Source of the DNA: an uncultured Candidatus Saccharibacteria bacterium | GTDB lineage: Bacteria > Patescibacteriota > Minisyncoccia > Phycocordibacterales > UBA918 | Direction: 5' to 3' | Assembly: GCA_964601615.1 (NCBI GenBank) | Contig: CAZRNZ010000002.1 | Span: 7,929 to 71,928 of the forward strand | DNA: 64,000 bases | Shown: piece by piece, positions 45,818-54,369 of the stretch | How the letters are laid out: each line of letters begins with the position of its first letter | How positions within the stretch are numbered: position 1 is the first letter of the stretch | Notes under the pieces: model-generated | Seen by the model: only the letters and a program-made list of their open reading frames with translations | Databases searched by the model: none | What the model was told of the DNA's origin: nothing | Made by a program: the position numbers and the translations under genes

Positions 45818-46903
45818 TTATTTATCTATAAAGGATGTTAATGCCAACCCAATAGATGTTGCATACCCATAAGACTCTCTCTTACCAATCTCTGGTGCTT
45901 GTTTTTTTGTGTCAAAAATATTTATCCATACATCTGCTAAAAAAGTATCTAGTCCGAGTGTGTCAGAAAAATATCTATCCAATCCACGAATATTGGCACA
46001 ACCGCCACAAAGAACAATCTCATCAACCGAACGTGAAGAATCATTCTTATTATTCCAATAGTGAAGCCTGGACTGAATCTCATCTTTAATAGAAGAAATA
46101 ACCGGCAACATTACCTCAGCTAAATTTAATCCTTTAAACTTACCTGAAATTCCATAGTCATTGAGAATTTCAAAAACACTAACATCAATATCACCAAGTT
46201 GATTTTCAAGTGCTGAAATCAAATTATTGCCACCCATATCAATGGTTGAGCTATACATAAGCACACCATCATGAACTATCCCCAGACCTGTACGATCTTT
46301 ACCAAAATCAATCAGTAACTTTGTGCCGATATCTTTTGGAATTAAAACAGAGCGAGCTATTGAAGCTGCTTCTGCTTCAAATAAAATCGGGGTAATTCCA
46401 GCTAATTTGAAAGCTTCATAATATTTATCGATAACTTCCCTTGCACCAACTGTTACAACCGACAAAATATTTTTATTATCAAGAATATTATCTGTTAGAT
46501 TAAAATCAAAATAAGCATCTCGTGGTGAGAGTGGTACATTTTCTTCTAGGGAAAATTCTAGTTTCTGTCTTATTTCCTTTTGCTTTAACTTTGGATCAAC
46601 CTCAGTCTCAAATAAGTAAACCCTTTCTTCTGGCAAAGAAATGCGAGCGTATGGCATACCAGTCCTTTTCTTAACTTGTGCCAAGTATTCTGCCAAAGTA
46701 GTCACATCATTTATTTCCCCACGAGAAATCAAATTTGGAGGAAGTTCAATTTCACCATAGTGTGACAAAGATAATTTATCACTACCAATACCTGAACTTT
46801 TGAGTGAAACGTATTTTATCGAAGATTCTGAAATATCAATACCAACCCCTGAAAGACGCAGAGCTTCTGGCGGTGGCAAAACTTTAGCGAGCACTCCTAA
46901 CAT
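45818..46903 (-). CDS. pilM: Type IV pilus assembly ATPase-fold protein PilM
   Basis: Actin-like fold: GIDISESSIKYVSL, DFGKDRTGLGIVHDG, IDMGGNNL. Confidence 0.7.
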   Translation of the reverse strand: MLGVLAKVLPPPEALRLSGVGIDISESSIKYVSLKSSGIGSDKLSLSHYGEIELPPNLISRGEINDVTTLAEYLAQVKKRTGMPYARISLPEERVYLFETEVDPKLKQKEIRQKLEFSLEENVPLSPRDAYFDFNLTDNILDNKNILSVVTVGAREVIDKYYEAFKLAGITPILFEAEAASIARSVLIPKDIGTKLLIDFGKDRTGLGIVHDGVLMYSSTIDMGGNNLISALENQLGDIDVSVFEILNDYGISGKFKGLNLAEVMLPVISSIKDEIQSRLHYWNNKNDSSRSVDEIVLCGGCANIRGLDRYFSDTLGLDTFLADVWINIFDTKKQAPEIGKRESYGYATSIGLALTSFIDK

Positions 46904-46966
46904 AGTTATTAAAACTAATTATACTCTAAGCTTGTTGTATTTTTTGTTGTGACTGTGAAATAAAAT

Positions 46967-46995
46967 TAAAAAGCATCCGTACCGGATGCTTTTTA
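46967..46995 (-). terminator. Intrinsic terminator
   Basis: aaaaagcatccgtaccggatgcttttt. Confidence 0.7.
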
Positions 46996-47340
46996 TTATT
47001 TAACTTTTGCTCCAGCTTCTATTTCTCTGTCTGGATGAAGAAGTGCAAATGATTCTTCACTGCTTGCAGCCAAAATCATTCCCTGGCTTTCGAAACCTCT
47101 AATAACCCTTGGCTCTAAGTTTATTAAAAAAGGACATTTTCTTCCCACTAAAGATTGTGGGTCTTCAAAAAATTCCCGAATCCCAGAAAGAATTTGACGA
47201 TAATGTTTTTCGCCATTTTCTTCCACCTCACCAACATCAACTGCCAGTTTCAAAAGTTTATCCGCGTTTTCAACTATTTCTACAGAAATAATCTCACCAA
47301 TTCTAATATCAAGTTTTGAAAAATCATCGTAATTTATCAT
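46996..47340 (-). CDS. Free-standing tRNA-binding domain protein (CsaA/Trbp111-like, homolog of the MetRS C-terminal domain)
   Basis: FSKLDIRIGEIISVE...KLLKLAVDVGE...QILSGI...GMILA. Confidence 0.7.
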   Translation of the reverse strand: MINYDDFSKLDIRIGEIISVEIVENADKLLKLAVDVGEVEENGEKHYRQILSGIREFFEDPQSLVGRKCPFLINLEPRVIRGFESQGMILAASSEESFALLHPDREIEAGAKVK

Positions 47341-47344
47341 AAGA

Positions 47345-47725
47345 TTATTTTTTACTAGTGATAAAGCTGTTTAAAATTATTGTGGCAGCAGAAGCGTCGG
47401 TCTGCTTATTTCTTCCCTGATCTCTTATGGCCTCTTGAGTTGAATATTGTTCTGGATGAAGATGAATTGGTAATCCAACCCTAAGAGTAAGGTCGCCAAT
47501 AAGCTCTTCTACTTCAGAATGAACTGGATTAGGTTCACCATTTTTATTTACCGAATGTCCTATCACTATTTCAGCAACAGAACGTTCGTCAATCAAAGAT
47601 TCTAACTTCTTTAGTAACTCTGAATCATTGTCCAAAACAATATGCGGAAAAGCCATTTTTCCACCCTCGTCAGATAGGGCAATTCCTACCCTTTTTGTAC
47701 CATAATCAATACCCATCAATCTCAT
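47345..47725 (-). CDS. ruvX: Holliday junction resolvase-like RuvX/YqgF; start at MRLMG
   Basis: MRLMGIDYGTKRVGIALSDEGGKMAFP. Confidence 0.8.
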   Translation of the reverse strand: MRLMGIDYGTKRVGIALSDEGGKMAFPHIVLDNDSELLKKLESLIDERSVAEIVIGHSVNKNGEPNPVHSEVEELIGDLTLRVGLPIHLHPEQYSTQEAIRDQGRNKQTDASAATIILNSFITSKK

Positions 47726-47788
47726 ATCGAGACAGGATAACACAAGGTTGGAAATTATGCCTTTTTCTGCTAATATCTTGTGACACAC

Positions 47789-47876
47789 GGAAGGGTGCGT
47801 GAGTGGTTGAAACGAGCGGTCTTGAAAACCGCCAGGTCGCGAGGCCTCGAGGGTTCGAATCCCTCCCCTTCCGCCA
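47789..47876 (+). tRNA. tRNA-Ser (anticodon TGA), CCA encoded
   Basis: GGAAGGGUGCGUGAGUGGUUGAAACGAGCGGUCUUGAAAACCGCCAGGUCGCGAGGCCUCGAGGGUUCGAAUCCCUCCCCUUCCGCCA. Confidence 0.8.
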
Positions 47877-47881
47877 ATACA

Positions 47882-47920
47882 ATAAAGGGTCGCCAGCTAC
47901 GCTGGCGACCCTTTATTGTA
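47882..47920. terminator. Bidirectional intrinsic terminator
   Basis: aaagggtcgccagctacgctggcgaccctttatt. Confidence 0.7.
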
Positions 47921-47929
47921 TTTTAAAAT

Positions 47930-49510
47930 TTAAGACCTTGAAGCCTGCACTGTAATATCGGCACTATATGGCCCAACATCTTCACTAATGGTTGGGGTTG
48001 TTAATCTTAAAAATAAAGAAATATCTGCATCAGATAAAACACCATTCTTAAAAGAGTAATACTGATCTGCAATTAAAAATGTTGTCCAATTTGTTCCATT
48101 GGAAGAAAAATCAAATTTTACTCTTTCGCCACCATTTGAATTACCTAAAGTCCAGCTATTTGCCGATGAAGTAAAATTGCTGGTTTTTATATTCAAATCG
48201 ACTTCACCATAAAGAGAAGAGATTATTTGTTCATCATCAATTCCACCAACAGTTGAATCCATAACCGAATCAACTGGCATAAAGCCAAAATCAATTGTTC
48301 CATCCGTATTTAAAACTATTGAAACACAATGCAGTGAAGTCCCTTGAACAGGATTGGTTGGAGCACTTTCTCCTGAAGCATTTACCGAAATAACCCGATA
48401 CCAAAAAGTATCTCCACAGGCATGACCACTATCTTCATAATAATTATTTGTAAGACCAGACGCTAAAACTGAAAAAGTTCCTGGAGAACCGATGATATCT
48501 GGAGCCCGTTCTAATCTATAGCTTGCTGCACCACCAGTTGGTACATTCCATTCTATTTCTATACTCGACTCTTCTGAAGAAAAAGTTTCCACATCGTCAG
48601 GAGCAATTGGTTTAGTAAGAATATTTACTATATTAGAAATCGGCGAACGAACAGCATTTGTGTCCTTATCAAAAACTGCGTACCAATAATTTGTATTTGG
48701 TATAGCGGCCGTATCGACAAAACTATTTGTATTTGAAGTATTTATAATGTCACCAGGAACTGGTCCGGAACTGGTCTTTCGAGCAATTTCATAAGACTGT
48801 GTTGCATGAAGACCTGGAGCATTTGTACCAGCAGTGCTGGCCGTCCAACTTAACTGCATATTTTGACCTGGTTGACCAACAGACAAACCAACTGGAGAAA
48901 CGTTCAAGCTAATATTATCCATTCCTAAAGTAACAGTTCTCGCCAAAAGTCCACCCGTAATAGTACTGCGGAAAGTTGCTCGGAGCGTATAAGTAGTGCC
49001 ACCACTTAATATCACAGATACAGGAGTATTAGCCGTCCAAGAAACATTATCAGCCACCACCACACAACCAAGGTTAGCTACAAAAGTACTATTAGAACTA
49101 TTGTATAAATCTAAACGTATCCAACTAGAATTACTTCCCAGAATACTAAGTAAAGGATCTTCTTCAGCATAATAATTAAATGAACCAGTAACATTTACAG
49201 AACCAGTGCCGGGAATAGTTACTTGCTGATGAATCATTCCACGATAATTTGATGTAAATATAAGAGAACTACCACTAGCTCGAAATGCTGTCTGACCGCT
49301 TAAATTACTAGAATATGCAAAGCTGTTGAAATCACTATCAGAAGTAGAACTTCCATTATTACCACAAGTATTTGTCCCATTATCATTTGTAACAGTCCAG
49401 CCATTAGAGTTACTAATAAAATTTGGATTATTATTTTTAGTTAGAGCCATAGCAAAATATGGCTGAATTAAACCCATTATCAAAAAATAAACTACCAGAA
49501 TTTTTTTCAT
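47930..49510 (-). CDS. Secreted 526-aa protein: signal peptide, two fibronectin-III-like modules, C-terminal WxL-like domain
   Basis: MKKILVVYFLIMGLIQPYFAMA signal; YRLERAP...SFVDTAAIPNTNYWYAVF FN3-like; C-terminus GTIDFGFMPV...ANSWTLGNS. Confidence 0.5.
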   Translation of the reverse strand: MKKILVVYFLIMGLIQPYFAMALTKNNNPNFISNSNGWTVTNDNGTNTCGNNGSSTSDSDFNSFAYSSNLSGQTAFRASGSSLIFTSNYRGMIHQQVTIPGTGSVNVTGSFNYYAEEDPLLSILGSNSSWIRLDLYNSSNSTFVANLGCVVVADNVSWTANTPVSVILSGGTTYTLRATFRSTITGGLLARTVTLGMDNISLNVSPVGLSVGQPGQNMQLSWTASTAGTNAPGLHATQSYEIARKTSSGPVPGDIINTSNTNSFVDTAAIPNTNYWYAVFDKDTNAVRSPISNIVNILTKPIAPDDVETFSSEESSIEIEWNVPTGGAASYRLERAPDIIGSPGTFSVLASGLTNNYYEDSGHACGDTFWYRVISVNASGESAPTNPVQGTSLHCVSIVLNTDGTIDFGFMPVDSVMDSTVGGIDDEQIISSLYGEVDLNIKTSNFTSSANSWTLGNSNGGERVKFDFSSNGTNWTTFLIADQYYSFKNGVLSDADISLFLRLTTPTISEDVGPYSADITVQASRS

Positions 49511-50076
49511 AAATAATATTTCTTATCTTCTTCTTTATCCTTCCTCCTCTTCCAGAAAATCCAGAAAAAAAATAAAATAAAAAAAATGATTAATGGAAAA
49601 ACAAAGAAAAATCCTTGCCCTATTTCCATATCTACTGAAAAGAAGAGGTTGTCTTCTTTTACTTCTGGTAAAACTATGTGTTCATCCAAAACGGATGTAA
49701 AACTTACATACTCTTCCACCTCTGAATTATTTCTTATTTGACCAAACTCAACAGTGGCAGGGTCTGAAAAATAATAAGATGATATTGGATTTGAGATAAT
49801 AGCTGGTGAACCTCCTCCTGCTCCAACAGGAGGAGGCATAGAACCAGACCCTGGCGCAAAAAAAAGCCTAGGTTGAATAACCTGCTCACCTACACACATC
49901 GAAATATCGAATCTGCAAGAAATATCGCAAGAAAGATCACCGCTCTCAAAACCAATATTTCTACATGTTGCACCGCCAAGATCCACCCCCTCACAATCTT
50001 CACTTCCTTCAATTAAATTATTGCCACATATACCAACACCTACAACGGCATCAATTTTTGTTTCCATCATAGGCAT
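49507..50076 (-). CDS. Cys-rich 189-aa protein with C-terminal TM anchor and basic tail
   Basis: Six Cys in 50 aa (CGNN...CEG...CRN...CDISC...CVG); FFFVFPLIIFFILFFFWIFW + KRRKDKEEDKKYYL; ATGA overlap with downstream gene. Confidence 0.5.
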   Translation of the reverse strand: MPMMETKIDAVVGVGICGNNLIEGSEDCEGVDLGGATCRNIGFESGDLSCDISCRFDISMCVGEQVIQPRLFFAPGSGSMPPPVGAGGGSPAIISNPISSYYFSDPATVEFGQIRNNSEVEEYVSFTSVLDEHIVLPEVKEDNLFFSVDMEIGQGFFFVFPLIIFFILFFFWIFWKRRKDKEEDKKYYL

Positions 50077-50090
50077 GGCGATTATCTAAT

Positions 50091-50678
50091 TTACTTTTTG
50101 AAATCTATTTTAATTTTCAAAAATCTACTCATCACAATAAGTACAACACCGATAAGCACAGCTGCAAAAAACCAATTTATCCAAGGAGTGTATGCATTCC
50201 AAAAATCAGCTACCTTGTAATAAACAGCAGCTATCATACTACTTGTATCAACTTGGAAATTTAACCTGGCCGCCGCTGCAATATTTACCCTGGTTTGCCC
50301 TGATTCCCCAGCAACTGGTCTACCCTCAAGATAAGCAAAATAATTACCAGGAACAGCTTTTACTGGAATATTTAATTTTATTGACACGATCTGACTTTGT
50401 CCTGACTCCAAATTGAATTCTTTAGGTAAAAAGACAAACCATGATTCTGGCGGCATTATTTCTGGCTGTTGTTCATGATAAGAAATACCAACAGTGTAAT
50501 TTGAAACTTCATCTCCAGTATTAATTACGGTCAAGGGTGGCAAATCATAAGATTTACCAGGTAAAAGTACCTCATCTATATTTATCTTACTTGTACCAAC
50601 CCCCACCCCAACCCTAGCATCAAGTGAAGAAGGTATAGTAAAAACAATCAAAATTACTAAAAATAAAATATGCTTCAT
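50091..50678 (-). CDS. 195-aa signal-peptide protein with beta-rich domain and C-terminal TM anchor
   Basis: MKHILFLVILIVFTIPSSLDA; C-terminal WINWFFAAVLIGVVLIVMSRFLKIKIDFKK. Confidence 0.5.
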   Translation of the reverse strand: MKHILFLVILIVFTIPSSLDARVGVGVGTSKINIDEVLLPGKSYDLPPLTVINTGDEVSNYTVGISYHEQQPEIMPPESWFVFLPKEFNLESGQSQIVSIKLNIPVKAVPGNYFAYLEGRPVAGESGQTRVNIAAAARLNFQVDTSSMIAAVYYKVADFWNAYTPWINWFFAAVLIGVVLIVMSRFLKIKIDFKK

Positions 50679-50692
50679 GTAACATATTTATT

Positions 50693-51196
50693 TTAAGAAG
50701 CTACTGCTACAAGAGTAACGTCCACATTCTGTTGTATAAAATGTGTTGATACTGACGGCGTTGTTAAATATAAATCTAAATTAACTGTTCCAGCCGGAGT
50801 TAAGGCTAGGGAAAAATTTTGATTATTTGTAGTCAAGGCACTGTAATTTGTTGGCGCTGTAGCACAGCTAGAAGCTGTAGCATTACAAAAACGATGAACG
50901 TACTCATTGGAGCCAGAAGCACCAGCCAAGTTCCAATTAGCACTGTTTTGACCTTTAATTAAAACATCTACATTAACATTACCAGCGTTAGTAATAGTTT
51001 GGGTTTCTGATAATGCAACTGTTCCAGTAGAACTATTTAGAGCCAATGTACCATAATTTATGGTGCCATCATCAACAGTTAATGAAACATTTTGTAGTGT
51101 AACAGTAGCCGTCACAGTTGCTTGATCAGTTGCATAAACTTGAGCTGTTAACAAAAAAGTAACAGCTAAAAAAGAAAACAAAAAAGTTTTTCTCAT
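50693..51196 (-). CDS. 167-aa secreted protein with WxL-like motif
   Basis: Signal peptide MRKTFLFSFLAVTFLLTAQVYA; INYGTLAL ... SANWNLAGA arrangement. Confidence 0.5.
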   Translation of the reverse strand: MRKTFLFSFLAVTFLLTAQVYATDQATVTATVTLQNVSLTVDDGTINYGTLALNSSTGTVALSETQTITNAGNVNVDVLIKGQNSANWNLAGASGSNEYVHRFCNATASSCATAPTNYSALTTNNQNFSLALTPAGTVNLDLYLTTPSVSTHFIQQNVDVTLVAVAS

Positions 51197-51405
51197 ATTT
51201 GATTTACCTAAAGAATTATTAATCTCTTGTGAATCAAGTAAATTTAGTTTAAGCGAGAGAATATAAACTTACATCCTTCATCTAATATATGAGGATACTC
51301 TTTGAGTTCTAAAGTCTTTCTCAAAAAAAGATAAATTTTTTCTAAAGAAGTGGATAACTAGAGATTAAAAAAGAAAAACCACAGAGTGGCTTTTTCTTTT
51401 TATTG

Positions 51406-51477
51406 TGCTCCCGCCAGGAATCGAACCTGGATCGCAGGTACCGCAAACCTGCATTCTATCCATTAAACTACGGGAGC
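51406..51477 (-). tRNA. tRNA with anticodon GCG (Arg) by manual folding
   Basis: rc: GCUCCCGUAGUUUAAUGGAUAGAAUGCAGGUUUGCGGUACCUGCGAUCCAGGUUCGAUUCCUGGCGGGAGCA; anticodon stem CAGGU/ACCUG, loop UUGCGGU. Confidence 0.55.
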
Positions 51478-51494
51478 AATGCGACGAGTGTACA

Positions 51495-51965
51495 CTAAAA
51501 CCCAACTATTTCCAATAGTTTGCTGGCAACAGGGTCTTCAATATCTTCCTCAGACAATCTATCGCGCACAAGATTCTCAATATCTTGAATATTTTCCTCA
51601 GGAATCGGCATTACTATTAAAGAATCAAATAGCTTTTTAGGCTTTAACAAAAGGCGCGGCCCGTCAATATTATCTTCATCTATCTTATAGGAACTTATTG
51701 TGGTATATGGATATAATCTCTCACCAATTCTTACACCACGAGTACCCACCATAAATGAACTAATTCTTGGTTTTTTACCAGATTGTAAAGCAACTACCCC
51801 TCCTCCAACCAAAATAAGTATAGATAATAGAAAATTTCCAAAAAAGAAAGCCGCTAGTGCTCCACAAAAAGAAATAATTCCGAGCACCCAAAACCAATCA
51901 CTGCTTCTCTCTACATGTTTGTATTCTGGGGCATCCCAAGTTATAGCATTCACTATTTCTGTCAT
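51495..51965 (-). CDS. Membrane protein with bacterial PH-like (YdbS/YdbT-type) domain
   Basis: Two TM helices then soluble domain; 156 aa. Confidence 0.45.
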   Translation of the reverse strand: MTEIVNAITWDAPEYKHVERSSDWFWVLGIISFCGALAAFFFGNFLLSILILVGGGVVALQSGKKPRISSFMVGTRGVRIGERLYPYTTISSYKIDEDNIDGPRLLLKPKKLFDSLIVMPIPEENIQDIENLVRDRLSEEDIEDPVASKLLEIVGF

Positions 51966-52005
51966 TCATCTAATTGTAGCACCTGATCATGTAAAGAAAT
52001 TAAAA

Positions 52006-52040
52006 AATCCTCACAAACTGTGAGGATTTCTTTATTTCTT
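52006..52040 (-). terminator. Intrinsic terminator after rpsT
   Basis: aatcctcacaaactgtgaggatt with flanking T-run on minus strand. Confidence 0.65.
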
Positions 52041-52292
52041 GTTGATAGCAACTGCTAGTCTAGACTTCTTACGAGAAGCTGTGTTGTCTTTAATAACTCC
52101 ACGCTTACTTGCCTTATCGATAGCCTTAAATGCAGCTGGCAAAAGCTTTTCAGCTCCCTCCTTGTCGCCCGCAATGATCATTTTGCGAACTTCTTTAACA
52201 GCATCACTCATATCACCCTTACGACGTATATTGAATACACGCTTATTAAGAGACGAACGATGTGCCTTTTTAGCTCCTTTGGTTATTGCCAT
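52032..52292 (-). CDS. rpsT: 30S ribosomal protein S20; start at MAITKG
   Basis: MAITKGAKKAHRSSLNKRVFN...RKKSRLAVAINKK. Confidence 0.85.
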   Translation of the reverse strand: MAITKGAKKAHRSSLNKRVFNIRRKGDMSDAVKEVRKMIIAGDKEGAEKLLPAAFKAIDKASKRGVIKDNTASRKKSRLAVAINKK

Positions 52293-52379
52293 AGTGGCAA
52301 GAATATACCCCAATCATCAATAAAAAGCAATACCTTCACTAAATGTGATAAAGGCATCATATACATATATAATATATGT

Positions 52380-52973
52380 ATGATAAGACAGATATTTGGA
52401 ACTATTGTTGATATAGGAAATAATTTTTTAGTTGTTGATGTAAATGGTGTGGGTTACATAATCTATAACAGTCTCCCTATTTCTTATGAACTTGATTCAC
52501 AAGTAAGATTTTTTACTCATTTAGCCGTGAGGGAAAATGCTTTAGATTTATATGGTTTTTCTGACAGAGATGCTTTAGAAATTTTTGAAATGTTAATTGA
52601 TCTACCAAAAATAGGACCAAAGACTGCCCTACAAATATTATCTCAAGCAGATATATCTTTGATTAGAGAGTCTGTACAAAACAATGACCCTGCCCATCTT
52701 TCAAAATTATCTGGTATTGGGAAGAAAAGTGCTGAGAAAATTGTATCTGGCTTAAAAGATAAATTTGAGAAAAAGGGCTACGAATATCATAGCGACTCAA
52801 CACAAATAAACCTCACTCACCATACAACCGACACAATAGATGCTTTAATCGCACTTGGATATCCGGCAAATGACGCGAGGCGTATAGTAATAGAAATAAC
52901 TACCAATAACCCCTCCCTATCCTCTCCGGCTGATACTGTGAAATTGGCGCTAAAACTTCTTAATAATAACTAG
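52380..52973 (+). CDS. ruvA: Holliday junction DNA helicase RuvA; start moved to MIRQIFG
   Basis: MIRQIFGTIVDIGNNFLVVDVNGVGYIIY OB domain, HhH LIDLPKIGPKTALQILS, C-terminal domain III. Confidence 0.85.
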   Translation: MIRQIFGTIVDIGNNFLVVDVNGVGYIIYNSLPISYELDSQVRFFTHLAVRENALDLYGFSDRDALEIFEMLIDLPKIGPKTALQILSQADISLIRESVQNNDPAHLSKLSGIGKKSAEKIVSGLKDKFEKKGYEYHSDSTQINLTHHTTDTIDALIALGYPANDARRIVIEITTNNPSLSSPADTVKLALKLLNNN

Positions 52974-53013
52974 TCTTTCTAGTTTAGAATACCTTCGAGT
53001 ATAATAATTATAT

Positions 53014-54297
53014 ATGGACAAATTACTGTATCGGATTAAAAAAATGACTCCTGACTGGATACTTGGCTTTGTTCGTCCTGCTTACCATCTCTCACTTTCG
53101 TTTATTGGTTCTGTAAAATACAAAAATCCGTCTAAAGATATTTTCGTTATCGCTGTCACTGGCACTAAAGGAAAATCTTCTACTGTGGAAATTATTGCAA
53201 ATCTTCTTGAATCAGCTGGACATAAAGTCTCTTCCCTTTCCACAATTCAGTTTAAATTAGATAAAGATATTAGACCAAATCTATATAAAATGACTACTCC
53301 TGGTCGTTTTTTTGTGCAGCGTTTTTTGCGTGATGCCGTAAATGCAAAATGTGATTACGCAGTAATTGAACTAACTTCCGAAGGCGCCAAGCAATTTCGT
53401 CATAAATTTATTGAGCTTAATGCTTTAGTATTTACAAATCTATCCCCTGAGCATATAGAGTCACATGGTTCTTTTGAAAGCTATAAGGCTGCAAAATTAG
53501 AAATTGCTAAACAGCTAGAGAAATCAAAAAAACATCCACGATATATTGTGGCAAATATTGACGATGAGTATGGTAATGAATTTCTCAGTATAGATGTTGA
53601 AGAAAAACTTCCTTATTCGATTAAAGATGTGAAATTATACTCCCTGCATAAAGATGGAGCTGCTTTAATTTTTGATAATAATGGTGAGGAAATAACTCTT
53701 CGAAGTTCTTTGGTTGGACTATTTAATATCTACAATACATTAGCTGCTATAAAATTAGTAAAAGCACTTGGTATTGATTGGAGAAGTATTGAAAAAGGAT
53801 TGGGTGGTATTAAAAAAATTGCTGGCAGAGTTGAGCACTTTCAAACTTCTCGAGAGGCCAGAAAAAAAATAACTGCCGTGGTTGACTATGCACATACACC
53901 TGACTCTCTCGAAAAATTTTACCAAGCATTCGATGATGTTCGTAAGGTATGTATCCTTGGCAATACAGGCGGTGGTAGAGATAAATGGAAACGTCCTGAA
54001 ATGGCTTCTATTGCCGAAAGACACTGTGAAAACATTATCTTGACCAACGAAGATCCTTACGATGAAAATCCGAGAAAAATAGTTGAAGAAATGGCTATTG
54101 GGATAACTGACAAGAGTAAGCTATCTATTATAATGAACAGACGTGATGCAATTAGACATGCTATAGAAATTGCACCAGAAGATAGTTATATATTAATAAC
54201 AGGTAAAGGGACCGACCCTTATATCATGGGACCAAATGGTACAAAAACTCCATGGAGTGACGCAGAGGTAGTAAAAGAAGAACTGGCAAAAATATAG
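53014..54297 (+). CDS. Mur ligase family protein, MurE-like, lacking the usual N-terminal domain
   Basis: P-loop AVTGTKGKSS, LSPEHIESHGSFESYKAAKLEI, GRVEHFQ, VDYAHTPDSLEK. Confidence 0.65.
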   Translation: MDKLLYRIKKMTPDWILGFVRPAYHLSLSFIGSVKYKNPSKDIFVIAVTGTKGKSSTVEIIANLLESAGHKVSSLSTIQFKLDKDIRPNLYKMTTPGRFFVQRFLRDAVNAKCDYAVIELTSEGAKQFRHKFIELNALVFTNLSPEHIESHGSFESYKAAKLEIAKQLEKSKKHPRYIVANIDDEYGNEFLSIDVEEKLPYSIKDVKLYSLHKDGAALIFDNNGEEITLRSSLVGLFNIYNTLAAIKLVKALGIDWRSIEKGLGGIKKIAGRVEHFQTSREARKKITAVVDYAHTPDSLEKFYQAFDDVRKVCILGNTGGGRDKWKRPEMASIAERHCENIILTNEDPYDENPRKIVEEMAIGITDKSKLSIIMNRRDAIRHAIEIAPEDSYILITGKGTDPYIMGPNGTKTPWSDAEVVKEELAKI

Positions 54298-54369
54298 TAC
54301 ACATACTATATGTGTATAAGAACACAGTTATATATACCCATATTGTCATACAATATGGGTATATATTTT

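Noticed and set aside
54310-54369. First 20 codons of the giant ORF (MCIRTQLYIPILSYNMGIYF)
   Set aside because: They precede a canonical signal peptide that starts at MKKQHS. The extension overlaps a palindromic AT-rich promoter-like stretch (acatactatatgtgtataagaacacagttatatatacccatattgtcatacaatatgggtatatat).
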